A stretch of DNA of 64,000 nt. Source: a virus (taxonomy: Duplodnaviria > Heunggongvirae > Uroviricota > Caudoviricetes). The notes under the pieces are model-generated. The model was not told the DNA's origin. It did not search any database and was given only the letters and a program-made list of their open reading frames with translations. The DNA is taken from IMG/VR virus record IMGVR_UViG_3300037312_000757; one strand, given 5' to 3'. Made by a program: the position numbers and the translations under genes. Shown here one piece after another: positions 59,636 through 64,000 of this stretch; within the stretch, counting starts at the first letter, position 1; every line of letters starts with the position of its first letter.

Positions 59636-60175
59636 ATGAAAAAACTGATCGCTCTTCTGGCAGCTAGTCTTGCCATTATCACTGCTCCTGCATACGCTGT
59701 TCAAATGGGTGTGCAATGTGCAGCTGACGTTGAATTCAGCCCGAATGGTGGCGGCGAGCAATTGGTCGTTCGTGCGATTCATTCGGCGAAGCACCAAATT
59801 CTCGTACAAGCATACAACTTCACCGACCCCGCAATCCTGCAGGCTTTGTATGATGCAAAGACAAAGGGTGGTGTTGATGTACGACTCATTCTCGACAAGA
59901 GCAATGAGCAAGCGCGTTACGCAAACCTGATCAAGCCGTTCCTGGCTGCCGGTGTTCCAGTGTCGACTGATTATTCAGTGGCAATTGCGCACAACAAAGT
60001 GATGGTGATTGACGGCACCGACGTCATCACCGGAAGCTTCAACTTCACGACAAGTGCGCAGAAGCGTAATGCTGAAAACGTAGTATGGTTCGCTCGTTGT
60101 CCTGCTATGGCGGGCCCGTACACGCAAAACTGGAACAATCGTCTTGCTGTATCTCGCCCGTACCAGGCACAATGA
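59636..60175 (+). CDS. secreted phospholipase-D-family (Nuc-like) endonuclease
   Basis: Signal peptide. HNKVMVIDG...GSFNFT HKD motif. Confidence 0.75.
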   Translation: MKKLIALLAASLAIITAPAYAVQMGVQCAADVEFSPNGGGEQLVVRAIHSAKHQILVQAYNFTDPAILQALYDAKTKGGVDVRLILDKSNEQARYANLIKPFLAAGVPVSTDYSVAIAHNKVMVIDGTDVITGSFNFTTSAQKRNAENVVWFARCPAMAGPYTQNWNNRLAVSRPYQAQ

Positions 60176-60300
60176 TTTCAATCTTTGCTTTCATCATTAT
60201 CGCTGCTGCGGTATATGGCGTAATTCAAGCCATTGCATCAGAGATGATTGATGGTCTTATGGAGTTGGTTAAAACAAAATGTCAACATTTCTCGAAATAA
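60172..60300 (+). CDS. small membrane peptide (42 aa)
   Basis: MISIFAFIIIAAAVYGVIQAIASE... ATGA-coupled to the nuclease gene. Confidence 0.35.
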   Translation: MISIFAFIIIAAAVYGVIQAIASEMIDGLMELVKTKCQHFSK

Positions 60301-60854
60301 TCGCCCCCAATATCAATTTGGAAAGCGACCATGATCACTTCTCAGCACTCGAAGTGAAGTACGATTTGGCCAAAAATGTCAAAGGATTGGAGATCATCCG
60401 ACACACGCCTGCTCTGATCTCAGATCATGGTAAGCACTCGCCGGAAGTCGTGACAGCTGAAGTTCTGAAGCTCATTCGTAGCTTGCCTGCCCGTGAAGCA
60501 ACATATAAGGGTGATGACGAGAACTTTGCTAATTACATGGCCCTGCAGGCGTGCCAGTCAGCTAACCATATCGGCGCAAAGAATCACCGTGGGGCTGGCA
60601 CGTGTGCAATTGTGTCAGTAAACATGTTCTACATGATTCAAACCCACAACGTGGCGATGGACGTCAATATCCGAGCAGATGAGAATCTGCGAGATGACGA
60701 GATGATCGTCACATATCATCGCGATGTAAATGAATCTGTGGTTGACGGTGGCTTGGCTGTTGTCAAGCTCCCCGACGGTGATGCGATGTTGTGTCAGTTA
60801 CCAAACTGGGAGAATTACTACGAATATGTCAATTTCAGCAGATCACGGATCTAA
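60279..60854 (+). CDS. hypothetical protein, paralog family F
   Basis: 191 aa. C-terminal ...LPDGDAMLCQLPNWENYYEYV shared with the next gene. Confidence 0.5.
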   Translation: MSTFLEIIAPNINLESDHDHFSALEVKYDLAKNVKGLEIIRHTPALISDHGKHSPEVVTAEVLKLIRSLPAREATYKGDDENFANYMALQACQSANHIGAKNHRGAGTCAIVSVNMFYMIQTHNVAMDVNIRADENLRDDEMIVTYHRDVNESVVDGGLAVVKLPDGDAMLCQLPNWENYYEYVNFSRSRI

Positions 60855-61464
60855 TCCGAATTACATGATCATTGATACTGAATGCCACTACATCAAGGGT
60901 CTTGCATCACCGTACCCACTTTCTGAAGATGTGGGGACCATCTATCACTTGGAGATGGCACAGCATGGTAGTGGTCGCGTTGGCTTGCAAATCACCAGTA
61001 CCGAGCTTGAATCGGCCGCAGCGTTCAGTGGTAGTGATTATAGCAAGATTGCTGATACTATCCTTTGCATCATCTTGACCAGTGCTAGGAAAGAGTCGAG
61101 GACATACGATGTGAAGCAAGCCATCACAATCGAACAGTTTTTGACTTGCAGTTCAAATTCAGCCCGAACTTTGACTGGACATTATTCGAAACGGTCAGCC
61201 GCAAATAACTTGGTGATGTCTAAGAACCTAGCAAAGTCATTCGCACAACTTGAGCTGTACAATGGTGTCACCATTTACGTCTGTGATCAGATGCCAGATA
61301 ATCAGTTCCTCGCGTGCTATAAGTCTGACAATCAGGTTATTGACAGCGGTATCAAGTTGGCTGAGACGCCTGACGGTATGTATCATGCGTGCTTCATGCC
61401 GGGCTGGGAGAATTACTACCTGCTGATGACGCTTGACTATGAGGGTGATCTTCGCCTAGAATGA
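60826..61464 (+). CDS. hypothetical protein, paralog family F
   Basis: Start MSISADHG. C-terminal ...TPDGMYHACFMPGWENYYLLM. Confidence 0.5.
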   Translation: MSISADHGSNPNYMIIDTECHYIKGLASPYPLSEDVGTIYHLEMAQHGSGRVGLQITSTELESAAAFSGSDYSKIADTILCIILTSARKESRTYDVKQAITIEQFLTCSSNSARTLTGHYSKRSAANNLVMSKNLAKSFAQLELYNGVTIYVCDQMPDNQFLACYKSDNQVIDSGIKLAETPDGMYHACFMPGWENYYLLMTLDYEGDLRLE

Positions 61465-61488
61465 AGTAACTCATTCTGGGAGAGTGCC

Positions 61489-61683
61489 GTGTACACGATG
61501 ATAATCATGGGTGCGGCTGCGTCTTCGCTGGTTGGCAATGGGGTGTCGTTTGAGAACCAATCGCTGTGTGACCGGGCGGCAGATGCAATACTGCACTCGA
61601 TTCCCGTTGAACAAGCCAAGCAAACACAAATCATCTGCGCTCCGCAAGGTAATGTCTATCAACCACCCGCACGTGGAAAGTGA
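61489..61683 (+). CDS. hypothetical small protein
   Basis: 64 aa. Followed by a bidirectional terminator. Confidence 0.4.
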   Translation: MYTMIIMGAAASSLVGNGVSFENQSLCDRAADAILHSIPVEQAKQTQIICAPQGNVYQPPARGK

Positions 61684-61684
61684 A

Positions 61685-61712
61685 AAAGAGGAACGCTAAT
61701 GCGTTCCTCTTT
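61685..61712. terminator. bidirectional intrinsic terminator ending the plus-strand block
   Basis: AAAGAGGAACGCtaatGCGTTCCTCTTT plus TATTTG. Confidence 0.6.
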
Positions 61713-61822
61713 TATTTGTGGACTACGGTAAGCAGAATGTAGCAGTTGATTGTCAGAGCTGCAATGGCTGCTGATGTACGAACCATTTCCATACCGATTC
61801 TGAATTTTGTCATCTTGTCCAT
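61712..61822 (-). CDS. small hydrophobic peptide (36 aa), isolated minus-strand gene
   Basis: MDKMTKFRIGMEMVRTSAAIAALTINCYILLTVVHK. GGAGA 5 nt upstream. Its 3' end abuts the bidirectional terminator. Confidence 0.3.
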   Translation of the reverse strand: MDKMTKFRIGMEMVRTSAAIAALTINCYILLTVVHK

Positions 61823-61896
61823 AACCATCTCCTTTTCTAATATTTATTGGCAAGATGCCATTCGTGTATAATTCCATAAAACTATAACAAGAAATC

Positions 61897-62190
61897 ATGG
61901 AAACGTGCGGTATTTGTGGTAGGGAATTGGGTGACATCAATGTTGATGAACACCACCTTGTCCCTAAAACATTCAAGGGCAGAGAAAAATTCAAAGTACA
62001 TAGAATCTGCCATACCAAAGTTCACAGCGTATTTTCTGAGCGTGAGCTTTTCAACTACTATCATACATTTGAACGCATTCGCGATCACAGTGAAATGCAG
62101 AAGTTCATCAAGTGGGTTGAAAAGAAAGATCCTGGTTTCTACGATAAAAACAAAGAAACGAACGAGAGAAATGGGAAACGTAGGCGTTAG
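61897..62190 (+). CDS. HNH endonuclease
   Basis: CGICG...DEHHLVPK...HRICHTKVH (Cys4 plus HNH). Promoter TTATTG-17-TATAAT upstream. Confidence 0.7.
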   Translation: METCGICGRELGDINVDEHHLVPKTFKGREKFKVHRICHTKVHSVFSERELFNYYHTFERIRDHSEMQKFIKWVEKKDPGFYDKNKETNERNGKRRR

Positions 62191-62413
62191 AGAAGCTGCA
62201 ACTTGGTTGCAAGATCATGCGATGCTCATAATCGTATGTGTTAGTTTTGTGACAGTGTTCACTATAGCATTTGCTGAATTGACTGGTATTGCCGACAAGT
62301 ATGCGTCAAAGACAGCAATTAGAAAAGCATACATTGATCCAACAAATGGCCAATGCTACATGTACCAAGGCACAAAGCTTATTCCTTGCCCTGTGCCAGC
62401 CACATCAAAGTAG
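62171..62413 (+). CDS. small membrane protein
   Basis: MGNVGVREAATWLQDHAMLIIVCVSFVTVF... Internal start within track ORF 61916..62413. Confidence 0.35.
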   Translation: MGNVGVREAATWLQDHAMLIIVCVSFVTVFTIAFAELTGIADKYASKTAIRKAYIDPTNGQCYMYQGTKLIPCPVPATSK

Positions 62414-62472
62414 CATTTGGAATTCAGTTCATTTGCTGTTATCATGCTGATGTTCAAAGTACAGGAGGGATT

Positions 62473-62715
62473 ATGGCAGCAAATGAATTGAAGATGCGGT
62501 GGGTGGCTAAAGACGGCTCCGTGTTTGTAGAAGATACCACGGCGGTAAAGCTGGAGGGCCAGAAAAAGACAATCATGGTGCAAAAAGCGATTGCCTTCAA
62601 CGTGGGTAAGGAAATGGCAGATTACATCGTGAATCTGCATAACGAAAGCCTGCTTCAAAACCATACGAACAGCGGGACGGCACATCAAAAGACAGTAGCG
62701 GCATTACGCCAATAA
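62473..62715 (+). CDS. hypothetical small protein
   Basis: Start MAANELKM after AGGAGGG. Confidence 0.5.
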   Translation: MAANELKMRWVAKDGSVFVEDTTAVKLEGQKKTIMVQKAIAFNVGKEMADYIVNLHNESLLQNHTNSGTAHQKTVAALRQ

Positions 62716-62746
62716 CCCTTTATTGCAGTAAACAAAGGAGAGTTTT

Positions 62747-63292
62747 ATGCTCTCCTTTTCGTACCAATATAAGAATAATAAAATGGATTGGGATCAGTAT
62801 TTTATCAGCATGTGCTACTTCGTAGCCATGAAAAGCAAAGACCCGTCAACAAAAGTTGGCTGCGTTATCGTGGGGGAAGATAACGAAGTAGTCTCAACAG
62901 GCTTCAACAGTTTCCCCCGCTTGCTCAACGACAATATCCCAGAACGCGCCCATAGACCCCTCAAGTACATGTTCATTGAGCATGCCGAGCGGAATGCGAT
63001 CGCAAACGCCGCGCGTATTGGAGCGTCAACCAAAGACTGCAAGATGTATATGCTCTGGTACCCTTGCGTTGAGTGTGCGCGAATGGTTATCCAGAGCGGT
63101 ATCAAGGAAGTGATCATTCACCAAGAGTTTCCCGGCAACGATCAGCATGTCGGCCACTGGCAAGAAAGCATGGTTGTAGGCCAGCAAATGCTGCAAGAAT
63201 GCGGAGTCACGATTCGTTGGTGGTCGGGCGAAGCAATCACGCCAGTCGCAACATATCAGGGAAATTCGTTCCCACTCAACTCCCTCAAGTAA
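62747..63292 (+). CDS. dCMP (deoxycytidylate) deaminase
   Basis: HAERNAI ... PCVECARMV zinc-binding CDA motifs with dCMP-deaminase-type spacing. RBS AAAGGAGAG. Confidence 0.85.
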   Translation: MLSFSYQYKNNKMDWDQYFISMCYFVAMKSKDPSTKVGCVIVGEDNEVVSTGFNSFPRLLNDNIPERAHRPLKYMFIEHAERNAIANAARIGASTKDCKMYMLWYPCVECARMVIQSGIKEVIIHQEFPGNDQHVGHWQESMVVGQQMLQECGVTIRWWSGEAITPVATYQGNSFPLNSLK

Positions 63293-63309
63293 TTAACATA
63301 GCAGTTAAT

Positions 63310-63350
63310 AGCCATTGGCGGACGCTAAATCCACCAATGGCTTTTTGTTT
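63310..63350 (+). terminator. intrinsic terminator after the dCMP deaminase gene
   Basis: AGCCATTGGcggacgctaaatCCACCAATGGCT plus TTTTTGTTT. Confidence 0.55.
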
Positions 63351-63400
63351 ATTGGAAGTGCTAAATAAACATATCATTTAACCCTTTTCCGAGGTATTTC

Positions 63401-64000
63401 ATGGCAAACCCAACAATGCGCAGCTATGTCAAGCTGCTCGAGTCCGCACTGCGCGGCGAAGAAGTTAACGAAGCTGGCGCATTCGGCGCCGAAACAGAAC
63501 GTGACGCAGATGGACGTCTCGTACACCCAGACGTTTCATACGACGTCAAGGGCGGTAAGTCACCAAAGATCACAGCTACTCTTGGTAGCCATACATCAGC
63601 GATGTTCACCAAGATGGCTCAAAACGTTCAGAAGGCCAAGATGATGGCTGAAGAACTGAAGTCATTGGAAGAAGACATCAAGGCAGAAGCACGTGACATG
63701 ATCGGTGATCTGTTTGCTCCTGCTGACGAAGCTATGATGCGCGTAGTTGAAACTGTTTCATTTGCGATCGAACTGAAGAAGGCCGCTAAGGACGTTCCAT
63801 CAACCAAGTATGCATCAGTACTGGAAGAATTTGCAACCCACCTGACACCAGAACTACTGAAGGTTCTTGAGTCACTGAAGGCAAAGTACACATCATACGC
63901 TGACAAGGCAGGCGCACTATCAATCTCAGCAAAGACAGAAAGCGTTGAACTGGACGAAGGTTTGACTGACAAGTTTGCAGCATTCTTCGCAAAGCTGGCA
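63401..64000 (+). CDS. hypothetical protein (3'-truncated by window end)
   Basis: ORF open to the end of the window. RBS GAGGTA. Promoter-like TTATTG-17-TATCAT upstream. Confidence 0.5.
   Translation, partial: MANPTMRSYVKLLESALRGEEVNEAGAFGAETERDADGRLVHPDVSYDVKGGKSPKITATLGSHTSAMFTKMAQNVQKAKMMAEELKSLEEDIKAEARDMIGDLFAPADEAMMRVVETVSFAIELKKAAKDVPSTKYASVLEEFATHLTPELLKVLESLKAKYTSYADKAGALSISAKTESVELDEGLTDKFAAFFAKLA

Noticed and set aside
61659-62018. 119-aa minus-strand ORF overlapping the HNH gene
   Set aside because: No RBS, low-complexity sequence, antisense to a motif-supported HNH gene. Only the short 36-aa hydrophobic ORF at 61712-61822 has a credible RBS.
1-64000. Integrase, transposase or prophage attachment sites (is this a prophage or island?)
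   Set aside because: No recombinase-like ORFs or flanking direct repeats were seen. The single-strand gene polarity, more than 40 promoter repeats and the tRNA cluster fit a lytic phage early region instead.

Overview
This window reads as a ~64-kb stretch of a large virulent dsDNA phage genome, probably an early/host-takeover region rather than bacterial chromosome or a prophage edge. Coding is dense and almost entirely on the minus strand from 136 to ~58.8 kb, then switches to the plus strand to the window end. Most genes are small (50-250 aa) and overlap their neighbours by ATGA/GTGA/TAATG junctions. A conserved ~45-50-bp promoter/operator/leader repeat sits upstream of at least 40 minus-strand genes; its translation yields spurious N-termini such as 'MVNNTGEQQM' or 'MNMVN' in the ORF track. 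I moved the affected starts to the Met or Val downstream of the GGAG ribosome-binding site, using residue offsets within each track ORF. Many intergenic hairpins followed by T-runs (minus strand) look like intrinsic terminators. A three-tRNA cluster (Pro-UGG, Ala-UGC, Val-UAC) has its own sigma70-like promoter. Genes I can recognise: a Ter stress cluster (TerD, TerC/DUF475, vWA); an arginase/agmatinase-family ureohydrolase and an AdoMetDC-like protein (polyamine theme); CoaD plus a CoaE-HD fusion (last two CoA steps); SmpB; an RlmN/Cfr-family radical-SAM methyltransferase; a KptA/Tpt1-like NAD-binding domain protein; a minimal KxDG ligase-like nucleotidyltransferase; an HD-domain (p)ppGpp-hydrolase-like protein; a TAXI-like periplasmic solute-binding protein; an SPFH lipoprotein; a secreted PLD-family nuclease; GIY-YIG and HNH homing-endonuclease-like genes; a dCMP deaminase; a GNAT; and a Lys/Ala-rich histone-H1-like protein. 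The most unusual structure is an expanded family of at least 13 small paralogs sharing a C-terminal motif ([FY]F..x.DA..F.LTW) in tandem arrays at 33.9-35.4 kb, 40.2-42.6 kb and 46.6-48.0 kb. There are several smaller paralog families, a recurring CTGGCAAC/GTTGCCAG palindrome class, four tandem terminator/sRNA-like units (19.48-19.88 kb), a G12 homopolymer inside the tRNA cluster, and a perfect 30-bp palindrome inside a coding region. Coordinates derived by hand-counting may be off by 1-2 nt. Product calls rest on motif recognition without database searches.
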